From: Candidatus Latescibacterota bacterium
GTDB taxonomy: Bacteria; Latescibacterota; UBA2968
Direction: 5' to 3'
Length of the DNA stretch: 64,000 nucleotides
Assembly: GCA_038279365.1 (NCBI GenBank)
Contig: JAYODI010000019.1
Location: forward strand, 1,443-65,442
In this document: positions 38,184-47,602 of the stretch, piece after piece
How positions within the stretch are numbered: position 1 is the stretch's first letter
Layout of the letters: each line of letters starts with the position of its first letter
Made by a program: the position numbers and the translations under genes
Notes under the pieces: model-generated
Told to the model about the DNA's origin: nothing
Databases searched by the model: none
What the model saw: only the letters and a program-made list of their open reading frames with translations

Positions 38184-38208
38184 CATGTTGTTACTTGAAG
38201 AAATGAAA

Positions 38209-39513
38209 TTACACTTCTGGTAAGGCAAAGGTATCGCCTGTTTTTTCAATCCAGTTGGCGAGTTCTTTTTGCAGTTCTTCGCGTTTTTCGTTGTGGGTGT
38301 CGAGAAAGGCGAGGTTGAGCGTTTCGTAAGGGTCTTCATTAAGATCAAACATGACCAAGGGTTGGCCCTCGAGGCACACATATTTCCAACCGTCGTTGGT
38401 GCGAATACCTCGCCAGGTACGGTTAAGGCTTTGAAAGCGTTTGCGAACACATTGTTGGATATAAGCGGAGGTGGGTTCTGTTTTGGGTGTTGGACGATTG
38501 GGTATGACATGGTGCGAAAAATCGGTGCCTTCCATCCAATCGGGCACATCAATGCCACATAAGCCCAAGGAGGTGGGGGCAAAGTCGACGTGATTAAAGG
38601 GGGCATTGCTGTGTTCTTGTACGCGTTTGCCTCCAGCGGGTAAGACAATACATGGAATACGCACGGCTTCTTCGTAAGGATTGCTTTTTCTAAAATGTCC
38701 GTGTGAGCCATGTGAATCGCCGTGATCTGAAAAAAAGATCACGTGGGTATTGTCAGATAGGCCTTCTTCTTCAAGTGTGTCCAAAATGCGACCCAAGTTA
38801 TAATCGAGGTTTTCTATTTGTGCATAATAACCTGCGAGGTCTTTACGTGCAGGGTCTTTTACGCGTGGAATATCGGGTACATTGGGGCGCATTTGAATGG
38901 ATTCTGGGCTGTAATTTTTTTCGTATTCGGGTGGGGCCACATACGGGTCATGGGGGGGTTGGACGGATAGGACACCAAAGAAGGGATTGCCACCTTTTTG
39001 TTTTTTGATGAAATCTATGAAGCGGTTGGTAAGGGCATCTGTTTCGTAGATTTCGAGTTTTTCGGCCAAGGGGTCGGTGTCGTCTCGCCCATCTTGGTCG
39101 TGTCCATGTATCCAGCAGTTGTACTGGGCGTTGTTGTTTTCATAACCAAGCCATACGTCAAATCGGCCACGGTTTTCTTTGGGAACATGAATGAGTTTGT
39201 TGCTGCCTGTGAGATGCCATTTGCCAATGTAGCCTGTTGTATAACCTGCATCGTTGAAAGCGTCGGCAATGGTTGGTAGGGTAATATCGAGTTCTTGGGG
39301 TGTTTTTTGTACGGCTCGATGCACATATCGACTGGTCATGAGGGCCCCGCGAAAGGGGGTGCACCACGGGCAACCCGAAATGGCATGGTAAAAAGGCACC
39401 CCTTGCGCGGCCATGCGATCTATGTTGGGGGTGCGGGCATTGGGGTCGCCCATATAGCCTGTGGCTTGTGCGCGATGTTGATCGCCAAAGATCCATATGA
39501 CGTTGGGTTTCAT
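38209..39513 (-). CDS. Cys-type sulfatase
   Basis: KPNVIWIFGDQHR, CTPFR, GKWHL, PHDP, SDHG; no signal peptide. Confidence 0.92.
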   Translation of the reverse strand: MKPNVIWIFGDQHRAQATGYMGDPNARTPNIDRMAAQGVPFYHAISGCPWCTPFRGALMTSRYVHRAVQKTPQELDITLPTIADAFNDAGYTTGYIGKWHLTGSNKLIHVPKENRGRFDVWLGYENNNAQYNCWIHGHDQDGRDDTDPLAEKLEIYETDALTNRFIDFIKKQKGGNPFFGVLSVQPPHDPYVAPPEYEKNYSPESIQMRPNVPDIPRVKDPARKDLAGYYAQIENLDYNLGRILDTLEEEGLSDNTHVIFFSDHGDSHGSHGHFRKSNPYEEAVRIPCIVLPAGGKRVQEHSNAPFNHVDFAPTSLGLCGIDVPDWMEGTDFSHHVIPNRPTPKTEPTSAYIQQCVRKRFQSLNRTWRGIRTNDGWKYVCLEGQPLVMFDLNEDPYETLNLAFLDTHNEKREELQKELANWIEKTGDTFALPEV

Positions 39514-39777
39514 ATGTGATTCCCTTTATATGATGTGGTTGCAGACATTTGGTGCGTTGGGTGAATGTGATGGGTGATTTTGGGGCGTGGGCAATATAGG
39601 TGATCCGTTTCGATACGTCAATGTTTGACATGTTTTTTTATTGGGCGTGTCGCATTGTCTGGAGATATCTGTGTGTGTTTTTGAACACTTAGACTTTTGT
39701 GCTTGATCTCAATTCTGTTTTGGGATATTTTGGAGGCCAAATCCATTGTAATGAGACCTTTTGAAAAGGGTGGTGTG

Positions 39778-40584
39778 ATGCGTGGTTCGTATTTGTTGCG
39801 CAGCCGATTGTTGATCGGTTTTCTTTTGTTTGTATTTACGGGGTGTGAATATTTTCAGACAGATAAACGCGAGTTGGTATATGTGACTGCAACAGTGTTA
39901 AACTTGCGTGATCACCCCACAACAAAGTCCAATGTGGTGGGGCGATTGAAGCGCGGACAAGAATTGGCCGTCATTGAAAAAGGGGATGGGTGGTTGCACG
40001 TGCAATTGGAAGATGAGACAACAGGATGGGTACATGGCGACTATGTAGGCGATGCGGTATCGGTGCGCGAGGCATTGCAAAAAGATTTGGCGCACAGATC
40101 AACTACAAGCAAGCCGCGTGTGCGTCAACAACCCGTTCCAACACCTGAAAAGACCACCCTATCTACACCCAAATCGTCGGATGAGATGGTCATTGACGAT
40201 ATGATGGAAGGGTTACCCGACGATTTGCCGTTGGAAGAGATGGACCCCTTAGAAGGACAGCCGCGTTTTATGGGGGCAGCGGTTGCTGGGCAAGTGGTGG
40301 TGGAATTTTGGGGGCCAGAAACCGATTTGCAACGGGCCGAGATTATGGTGTCTACAGTTGACGTTTCGGATGCCGATTTGCATCGCAATGCCGATTTTGT
40401 GAGAACATTTGTTCAAAACGCAATTCCTCAATGGAAGCGCGATACGGATTGGGTGGTTGATTTTTTAAAGGGGCTTTCAAGCAAAGACAAAGGTCAGGGT
40501 GGGTTTGATACAAAGGGCAAAACGGTACGATTTTTGTTTATTAAACCGTTGGGTGCTATTCGTGTGACCATTGAGAAAACGTGA
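39778..40584 (+). CDS. SH3b-domain lipoprotein
   Basis: Lipobox FTGC; LNLRDHP...GWLHVQ...GWVHGDYV. Confidence 0.8.
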   Translation: MRGSYLLRSRLLIGFLLFVFTGCEYFQTDKRELVYVTATVLNLRDHPTTKSNVVGRLKRGQELAVIEKGDGWLHVQLEDETTGWVHGDYVGDAVSVREALQKDLAHRSTTSKPRVRQQPVPTPEKTTLSTPKSSDEMVIDDMMEGLPDDLPLEEMDPLEGQPRFMGAAVAGQVVVEFWGPETDLQRAEIMVSTVDVSDADLHRNADFVRTFVQNAIPQWKRDTDWVVDFLKGLSSKDKGQGGFDTKGKTVRFLFIKPLGAIRVTIEKT

Positions 40585-40607
40585 TTGCAGAAATAAATTA
40601 GGTTCAC

Positions 40608-40644
40608 AAAAAATGGGGAGACGATTAGATCGTCTCCCCATTTT
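40608..40644. terminator. Bidirectional intrinsic terminator (dnaK / SH3 gene)
   Basis: AAAATGGGGAGACGAT-TAG-ATCGTCTCCCCATTTT. Confidence 0.88.
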
Positions 40645-40664
40645 ATTGCTATAAAAGATATGAA

Positions 40665-42566
40665 TTACTTCTTCTTGTCATCTACCACTTCAAATTCAGC
40701 ATCTACAGCGCTGTCATCAGAATTGTCACCACCGGGTGCTTCTGGGCCACCAGCTTGGCCTTCGGCGGCAGCTTGTTGATAAAGCTCACTGGCAATTGCG
40801 TGCCATACTTTTGTGAGGTTTTCGGTGGCTGATTTGATGGTGTCGATATTATCGCCTTTGAGGGCATCTTTTACTTTATCGACGGCTTCGGTTACTTTGG
40901 CCTTCGATTCTGCGCTGACCTTGTCACCCATTTCTTCAAGCTGCTTTTCGGTTTGATGTACTTGTTGTTCAGCTTGGTTCTTGGTTTCAATGGCTTCGCG
41001 TTTCTTTTTGTCTTCGGCGGCATTGGCTTGTGCATCGTTGACCATTTTTTCTACTTCTGCGTCTGAAAGACCAGAGGAGGCTTCGATGCGAATATTTTGT
41101 TCTTTGTTTGTGCCTTTGTCTTTGGCCGAGACATTTAAGATACCGTTGGCATCAATGTCAAAGGTGACTTCAATTTGAGGCACACCACGTGGGGCAGGCG
41201 GAATGCCATCGAGATGGAACCGACCAATGGTGCGGTTGTCAACGGCCATTTCTCGTTCGCCTTGTAAGACGTGGATTTCAACCGACGGTTGGCTGTCTGC
41301 TGCTGTTGAAAAGACTTCGGTCTTTTTGGAAGGGATGGTGGTGTTGCGCTCAATGAGCTTTGTCATCACGCCACCCAATGTTTCGATGCCGAGAGACAAG
41401 GGCGTTACATCAAGCAAGAGCACGTCGGTGACATCACCGGCCAATACACCAGCTTGAATGGCTGCGCCAATGGCGACCACTTCGTCGGGATTCACACCTC
41501 TGTTGGGTTCTTTGCCAAAGAGCGACTTGACCATTTCTTGAATTTTTGGAATGCGCGTGCTGCCACCCACCAAGATGACTTCGTCAATTTCGGAAGTAGA
41601 CAACCCCGCATCTTTAATGGCTTGCAAACAAGGTTGTTTGGTGCGCTCAACCAAATCGTCGACCAATTGTTCAAACTTGGCGCGTGTGAGTGTCACGTTT
41701 AAGTGCTTAGGACCCGATGCATCTGCCGTGATAAATGGCAAGTTAACGTCGGTTGATGATGAACTGGACAGCTCGCACTTGGCTTTTTCTGCAGCTTCTT
41801 TTAAGCGTTGCAAGGCCATGGGGTCTTTGCGAAGATCAACGCTGTTTTCTTTCATAAATTCTTGGGCCAGCCAATCGATAAGGCGTTGATCAAAGTCATC
41901 GCCACCCAAGTGGGTATCGCCATTGGTCGATTTGACTTCAAAAACACCATCGCCCAATTCGAGAATGGAGATATCAAAAGTACCACCACCCAAGTCATAA
42001 ACAGCAATTTTTTCGTCTTTCTTTTTGTCCAAACCATAAGCTAAGGCAGCGGCTGTGGGTTCGTTGACGATACGCAAGACTTCTAAGCCCGCGATTTTAC
42101 CTGCATCTTTGGTGGCTTGACGTTGGGCATCGTTAAAATAAGCAGGAACGGTGACCACGGCTTGGGTAACAGATTCACCGAGATAATCTTCGGCGGTTTG
42201 TTTCATTTTTTGAAGCACCATAGCTGAAATTTCGGGTGGGGTATAAGTTTTGTCATCCAATTCAACCGCAGCCAAATTGCCCATACCGCTCACGACTTTA
42301 TAAGGCACTTCTGAAATTTCATTGCTGACTTCATTGTATTGACGGCCCATGAACCGTTTGATCGAATAGATGGTTTTGCCTGGGTTGGTCACCGCTTGGC
42401 GTTTGGCCACTTGGCCAACCAAACGTTCGCCGTCTTTGGCAAATGCAACCACTGAAGGTGTTGTACGGCCCCCTTCAGAGTTTGGAATAACAACAGGGTC
42501 GCCACCTTCCATTACGGCCACACAAGAGTTTGTTGTTCCTAAGTCGATACCTATTACTTTTCCCAT
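40665..42566 (-). CDS. dnaK: Chaperone DnaK
   Basis: [25 protein letters not shown]. Confidence 0.99.
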   Translation of the reverse strand: MGKVIGIDLGTTNSCVAVMEGGDPVVIPNSEGGRTTPSVVAFAKDGERLVGQVAKRQAVTNPGKTIYSIKRFMGRQYNEVSNEISEVPYKVVSGMGNLAAVELDDKTYTPPEISAMVLQKMKQTAEDYLGESVTQAVVTVPAYFNDAQRQATKDAGKIAGLEVLRIVNEPTAAALAYGLDKKKDEKIAVYDLGGGTFDISILELGDGVFEVKSTNGDTHLGGDDFDQRLIDWLAQEFMKENSVDLRKDPMALQRLKEAAEKAKCELSSSSSTDVNLPFITADASGPKHLNVTLTRAKFEQLVDDLVERTKQPCLQAIKDAGLSTSEIDEVILVGGSTRIPKIQEMVKSLFGKEPNRGVNPDEVVAIGAAIQAGVLAGDVTDVLLLDVTPLSLGIETLGGVMTKLIERNTTIPSKKTEVFSTAADSQPSVEIHVLQGEREMAVDNRTIGRFHLDGIPPAPRGVPQIEVTFDIDANGILNVSAKDKGTNKEQNIRIEASSGLSDAEVEKMVNDAQANAAEDKKKREAIETKNQAEQQVHQTEKQLEEMGDKVSAESKAKVTEAVDKVKDALKGDNIDTIKSATENLTKVWHAIASELYQQAAAEGQAGGPEAPGGDNSDDSAVDAEFEVVDDKKK

Positions 42567-42661
42567 AGTTGTGCTCCTTTAGAGTAATCACGACAAAACC
42601 TGATTGGTATATCAGGATATCAGATCCTGATCCGATGATTTTGTATTTGTTTTGTCGTTGT

Positions 42662-42973
42662 TTATGCGGCGTCTTTTTTGGTTGATTTTTTAGAGTCTGA
42701 TTTTTTAGAGTCTGACTTTTTGCTTTCTGTTGAACTGGAACTGCTTGAAGATGTATCTGAATCTTTTTTGGCAGCACTTTTGTAATTGTCGCTGCGATAG
42801 TCTGTAATATAGAAGCCAGAGCCTTTAAAGAGCAATCCTGCACCACCGCTGATGAGGCGTTCTACCTTGCGCTTGCCACATTCTGGACATTTGCGAATGG
42901 GTTTTGCGGTGATGGATTGAAAGGCTTCAAACTGGTGTTCACAGTCGGGGCAGGCATATTCATAAGTTGGCAT
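42662..42973 (-). CDS. FmdB-family zinc-ribbon protein
   Basis: MPTYEYACPDC...CPECG...FKGSGFYITDY with an S/K-rich tail containing a 15-bp tandem repeat. Confidence 0.9.
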   Translation of the reverse strand: MPTYEYACPDCEHQFEAFQSITAKPIRKCPECGKRKVERLISGGAGLLFKGSGFYITDYRSDNYKSAAKKDSDTSSSSSSSTESKKSDSKKSDSKKSTKKDAA

Positions 42974-43030
42974 AAATAAAACCTTTTACGGGTTGAATGG
43001 TTAATAGGGATCATGGTCGTGCATGTGTTG

Positions 43031-43046
43031 AGCAACAAGCATACCA
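43031..43046 (-). promoter_or_regulatory. Sigma54 (-24/-12) promoter upstream of fmdB-like and dnaK
   Basis: Minus strand TGGTATGCTTGTTGCT: GG-N10-GC spacing matches TGGCACG-N4-TTGCW. Confidence 0.65.
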
Positions 43047-43174
43047 TGTTTGTGTGTGTTTTTAAGATATTGTAAATAAATAATTTGTGATTTTTTTCAT
43101 GAAAAGTGAATAACTGCCATGCAATTCTTGCATTCATTTTGTCATACATGTTTGTCATATTGGCAGTAGGGGGC

Positions 43175-43211
43175 ATAAAATAAGCGGGTTGCCTGGCAGA
43201 TGCAACCCGCT
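43175..43211 (-). terminator. Intrinsic terminator after sucC
   Basis: Minus strand AGCGGGTTGC-loop-GCAACCCGCT-TATTTTAT. Confidence 0.75.
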
Positions 43212-43254
43212 GGTATTTATTCATGCTTTTGATGGGAGACGAAAATTTTCGTTT

Positions 43255-44421
43255 TTATGCTGCGCCTTTGACGGCTTTGACCACGCCTTCTGCGGCTTCT
43301 TGAAGCCCACGTGCCACAGTGAATTTAAGGCCTGAATTTTCTAAAATTTGTGCACCCTCTTCTGCATTGGTGCCTTGGAGGCGAATCACAAGTGGCACTT
43401 TAATGGTCATGGTTTCAAGAGCTGCTAAAATCCCTTCGGCTACCAAATCGCAACGCACAATGCCACCAAATATGTTGATGAGTACGGCTTTGACATCTTT
43501 GTCGGATGTGAGTATCTGAAAGGCATTTTTGACGCGTTCAACATTGGTGCCGCCGCCTACATCGAGAAAGTTGGCAGGTGATGAGCCCGCATATTTGATG
43601 ATGTCCATGGTGCCCATGGCAAGGCCAGCACCATTGACCATGCAACCGACTTCGCCATCGAGCTTGATGTAGTTGAGTGCAAATTTTGAAGCCTCTACTT
43701 CCAGTGGATCTTCTTCGTCTGTATCGCGCAGTTCTTGAAGGTCTTTGTGGCGATAGAGGGAATTGTCGTCGAAATTTAATTTGGCATCTAAGGCCAATAC
43801 GTCACCTTGTTTGGATACAACGAGGGGATTGATTTCTGCCAAGGAGCAGTCGGTGGCCACATAGGCATTGTAAAGGGCTGTAATGAATGCCACGCCTTGT
43901 TTGACTTGATCTCCTTCGAGGCCCAAATCCATAGCCAAACGACGGGCTTGAAAGGGTTGTAACCCCACACCGGGATGAACGACTTCTTTGAGTATTTTTT
44001 CGGGCGTTTTGGCGGCCACTTCTTCAATGTCCATGCCACCGGCTTGTGAGGCCATAATAACGAGGCGCGATTGGGCGCGGTCGAGCACGATGCCCAAATA
44101 CAGTTCACGGGCGATGTCAGTGCCTGCTTCTACCCAAACGGATTTTACTTTTTGACCCCCTGGGCCTGTTTGGGGTGTGATGAGGTTCATGCCCAAAATG
44201 TCTGTGGCGGCTTGTTTGGCAGCGGCAGCGTCTTTAACAACTTTAACACCGCCTCCTTTGCCACGTCCACCGGCGTGAATTTGCGCTTTGACCACCACAG
44301 TGCCACCGAGGTCTTGGGCTATTTTTTCGGCTTCTTCGGGGGTGGTTGCAAGGCCGCCCTTGGGAACGGGGACACCAAAGGTTTTGAGCACTTCTTTGGC
44401 TTGGTATTCGTGAATTTTCAT
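43255..44421 (-). CDS. sucC: Succinyl-CoA ligase beta subunit
   Basis: [40 protein letters not shown]. Confidence 0.97.
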   Translation of the reverse strand: MKIHEYQAKEVLKTFGVPVPKGGLATTPEEAEKIAQDLGGTVVVKAQIHAGGRGKGGGVKVVKDAAAAKQAATDILGMNLITPQTGPGGQKVKSVWVEAGTDIARELYLGIVLDRAQSRLVIMASQAGGMDIEEVAAKTPEKILKEVVHPGVGLQPFQARRLAMDLGLEGDQVKQGVAFITALYNAYVATDCSLAEINPLVVSKQGDVLALDAKLNFDDNSLYRHKDLQELRDTDEEDPLEVEASKFALNYIKLDGEVGCMVNGAGLAMGTMDIIKYAGSSPANFLDVGGGTNVERVKNAFQILTSDKDVKAVLINIFGGIVRCDLVAEGILAALETMTIKVPLVIRLQGTNAEEGAQILENSGLKFTVARGLQEAAEGVVKAVKGAA

Positions 44422-44479
44422 GGTGTGGCTCCTTCTTTATGTGTTTGGTTGGGAGCTTTTACGACATTTTGTTGTTTAC

Positions 44480-44705
44480 GAGCTTTTTGTTTTGCCTACG
44501 GCGGCCTACTTTTTCAACAGCCAAAAAAGTAGGCAAAAAGGCTGCCCCTGCGGGGGGCTTTAAATTTTGTTCAGTGTTTTTACGAACCTTTACCACCCTC
44601 ACCTGCCCGTGCCGTTCCCACACCCATCCTCGCGTTCCACGCGCCACCCTGCCCACACATCCATACCTCTCCAACTGCACAACGGCCCACACCACCGTGG
44701 GTGGG
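44480..44705. repeat. Structured intergenic element (MITE-like)
   Basis: GCCTACTTTTT/AAAAAGTAGGC 11-bp stem, an alternative TTTTGCCTAC arm, and a C-rich tract opposing the regional strand skew. Confidence 0.55.
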
Positions 44706-44716
44706 ATTGAAGTTTT

Positions 44717-46279
44717 TTAAATTCTTAAATCACTGCCATCCATTTCGGCGGGTTTGGTAATGCCAAGTAAGCCGAGTAGGGTGGGGGATACGTCGCGCAA
44801 GGCACCGCCTTCTCTGAGTTTGCCAGTGAAGGTGGGATCGACTAAGACAAAGGGTACGGGGTTGGTGGTGTGTGCGGTGTGGGGTTCGCCCGTTTCATAG
44901 TGCAACATTTGTTCGGCATTGCCATGATCGGCGGTGACAATGGCGGTGCCACCTATTTTTTCGATGGTGTTTAAAACGCGACCCAAACATCCGTCTACGG
45001 TGTTTACGGCTTTGATGGCGGCTTCGAGAATACCTGTGTGGCCCACCATGTCGGGGTTGGCAAAGTTGCAAATGGCGGTGTTAAATTGGCCCGACTCAAT
45101 GGCGGCAATGAGTTTGTCCGCCACTTCGGGTGCGCTCATTTCGGGTTTGTGGTCATAAGTGGGTACGTCTTTGGGCGATTGGACCATGATGCGTTCTTCA
45201 CCATCAAAAGCTTTTTCTTCTTGGCCATTAAAGAAGAAGGTGACGTGTGCATATTTTTCGGTTTCGGCAATGCGAAGTTGTGTTTTGCCTGCTTGTGAGA
45301 TGATTTGCCCGCAGATATTGGGCATGTTTTGTGAGAGCTCTTCGGGTGAATAGGCCACGCTGGTGACGGGCACATCGGCTTCATATCGGGTTAATGTTGT
45401 GTAGTGTACTTTGGGGCGTTTTGCCCGTTTGAAACCGTCAAAGTCATCCAGCACAAAAGCGCGTGTGATTTGCCGCGGGCGATCGCCTCTAAAATTGAAG
45501 AAGATCACGGAGTCGCCATCGTTTACTTGAGCAAGGGCTTTGCCGTTTGTGTCTGTCATGATAACGGGTTTGACAAATTCGTCTGTTTCTCCGCGGTCGT
45601 AGGCATTTTGCATGGCCTGAACGGGATCGGTTTCTGAGATGCCATCGCTGTGTGTGAGCAGGTCATAAGCCAGTTGGGTGCGTTCCCAGCGTTTGTCGCG
45701 GTCCATGGCATAGTAGCGACCGCAGATGGATGCGACTTTGCCCACGCCTGCCGATTTGCACATCTCGAGCAGTTCGCGCATGCGATGAATACCACTTTGG
45801 GGTGGGGTGTCGCGGCCATCGGTGAAGGCGTGAATGAATACTTGCTCGTTGGTTAAACCCCGCGCGGCGGCCATTTTAATGAGGCCATCGTAATGGCTGG
45901 GCCAAGAGTGGACGCCACCGTCTGAAACAAGGCCAATAAAATGGAGTTTTTGTTGGGTGTTTTTGAGGCGATCCATGGCACCGATGAGGGCTTCGTTTTG
46001 AAGCAAGCGACCATCGCGCACACGGTCATCTACTTGGGTCATGGCTTGCATAACGGTGCGACCGGCACCCAAGTTGAGGTGCCCCACTTCGGAGTTGCCC
46101 ATGAGGTTGTCGGGCAAACCCACCGCTCGGCCAGACGTGTTGAGGGTGGTGTGGGCATATTGTGACCAAATGCGGTCCATGGTGGGGGTGTTGGCCAATG
46201 CAACGGCATTGTAATCTTTGCGTGGATTGAGGCCCCAACCATCGAGAATAATGAGCGCAGAAAAACGAGAATCAGACAT
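44717..46279 (-). CDS. gpmI: 2,3-bisphosphoglycerate-independent phosphoglycerate mutase
   Basis: LIILDGWG, MGNSEVGH, RYYAMDRD, NPDMVGHTG, TADHGN. Confidence 0.97.
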   Translation of the reverse strand: MSDSRFSALIILDGWGLNPRKDYNAVALANTPTMDRIWSQYAHTTLNTSGRAVGLPDNLMGNSEVGHLNLGAGRTVMQAMTQVDDRVRDGRLLQNEALIGAMDRLKNTQQKLHFIGLVSDGGVHSWPSHYDGLIKMAAARGLTNEQVFIHAFTDGRDTPPQSGIHRMRELLEMCKSAGVGKVASICGRYYAMDRDKRWERTQLAYDLLTHSDGISETDPVQAMQNAYDRGETDEFVKPVIMTDTNGKALAQVNDGDSVIFFNFRGDRPRQITRAFVLDDFDGFKRAKRPKVHYTTLTRYEADVPVTSVAYSPEELSQNMPNICGQIISQAGKTQLRIAETEKYAHVTFFFNGQEEKAFDGEERIMVQSPKDVPTYDHKPEMSAPEVADKLIAAIESGQFNTAICNFANPDMVGHTGILEAAIKAVNTVDGCLGRVLNTIEKIGGTAIVTADHGNAEQMLHYETGEPHTAHTTNPVPFVLVDPTFTGKLREGGALRDVSPTLLGLLGITKPAEMDGSDLRI

Positions 46280-46443
46280 AATCATCCATTGGAAATTGTA
46301 TTTTAAATAAGGAAAGCGAGTTGTCAAAAGCGATCACTTTTTATAATCGTTTGAGCGTTTGAAAATAAGGCTTTAAGCAGATAATAGCAAATTAAAATAC
46401 GGTGGATATGATGTGTTGCTGTGGGATTGTGGGGGATTATCGT

Positions 46444-47331
46444 TTATTGAGGGTGGTGTAAATGATGGGTGAAATATTGGGTGATGGCTTGGTGAAATGT
46501 TTTGATAAGTGGGCTGGCCATGGTGGAACTGCGCCCGACCAAGCTGATGGGGCGGGTTAAGCTGGGGTGTGGAAAGTGAATAAGTGTGTTGGTGGGTACG
46601 GCCAGTGCTTGGGCAACACCAATGGGTACAAGGCCATGCCCCAAACCTGCACGTGCCATTTGTGCAATGCTGGCAAAGGATTGTACGGTTTGTGCCACTT
46701 CGAGCTTAAAGGGCCATGCATGAGCATGGTCACGCAGGCGGCGGGCCAGACAACGCCAGGTGACGGAATGGGGTTCTATGGTTAACACGGGCAATGTGGC
46801 TTGTGTGTTGAGATCTATGGGATCTAAGTTGGATGGCACAATGACCATGGGTTCTTCATAAAGCAATTCTGTTTTGAGCTCGGGTGTGTCGCGTTGCTCG
46901 CTGGTACACAAGGCTAGCATATATTCACCCGATCGGACTTGGTCTATGACCACGGGGCTGCGGTGGGTGTTGACGGTAAATTCGAGGTCGGGTATGGTGG
47001 TGCGCACTTGGGCAAGCAGTTTGGGCCCCCATGAGCACAATATGGATTCGGAAATGCCAATGACAATGCGCCCACCTTGGGCTGGTACATTGTCTGCAAT
47101 GGCGTCTTTGAGGGCTGTGAGAAAGGGACGCGTTTTTTCGAGCAAGCGCATGCCTGCGGGTGTGAGGCGTACTTTTCGGCCAATGGGCTCGATGAGTTTT
47201 TGACCGGTCTCTGCTTCAAGCGTTGCAATGCGTTTGCTGACAGCCGATTGGGTAATGCGCAAGCGGGTGGCCGCATGTGTCATTGTGCCTGTTTCTGACA
47301 AGGCAGATAGAGCTTCAAGGTTGGCAATCAT
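46444..47331 (-). CDS. LysR-family transcriptional regulator, divergent from acnA
   Basis: AATRLRITQSAVSKRIATLE HTH; LTPAG. Confidence 0.92.
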   Translation of the reverse strand: MIANLEALSALSETGTMTHAATRLRITQSAVSKRIATLEAETGQKLIEPIGRKVRLTPAGMRLLEKTRPFLTALKDAIADNVPAQGGRIVIGISESILCSWGPKLLAQVRTTIPDLEFTVNTHRSPVVIDQVRSGEYMLALCTSEQRDTPELKTELLYEEPMVIVPSNLDPIDLNTQATLPVLTIEPHSVTWRCLARRLRDHAHAWPFKLEVAQTVQSFASIAQMARAGLGHGLVPIGVAQALAVPTNTLIHFPHPSLTRPISLVGRSSTMASPLIKTFHQAITQYFTHHLHHPQ

Positions 47332-47506
47332 GGGGCTACTCGTTTTGAATTGTTCGCTTAAAAATGTAGGATTTATAGGACTGGTGGTTTTTATTATTCC
47401 CTTTGGGAATGTATATGAGTATTACTATTCGCTTTTTTAATTTATTTGAAGGTATATATTTCAGATATAAACGGCAAGTTATAATAATGGAATGCTTAAA
47501 TCGCGC

Positions 47507-47535
47507 TTGAAAACGCATTCAAGTCATGCTATTTT
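47507..47535 (+). promoter_or_regulatory. Probable sigma70 promoter of acnA
   Basis: TTGAAA-17 bp-TATTTT with extended -10 TGn. Confidence 0.5.
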
Positions 47536-47602
47536 AACAACTTGTGGTTTGATCAATAGGGTTTAAGCCGAAAAATCGAAACCATCATTCACATTATTTA
47601 TT

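Noticed and set aside
42682-42722. 15-bp tandem repeat GATTTTTTAGAGTCT
   Set aside because: Encodes the low-complexity SKKSD tail typical of FmdB-family proteins.
44439-44720. Short ORFs on both strands between sucC and gpmI
   Set aside because: No recognisable motif or RBS; better explained as a repeat element.
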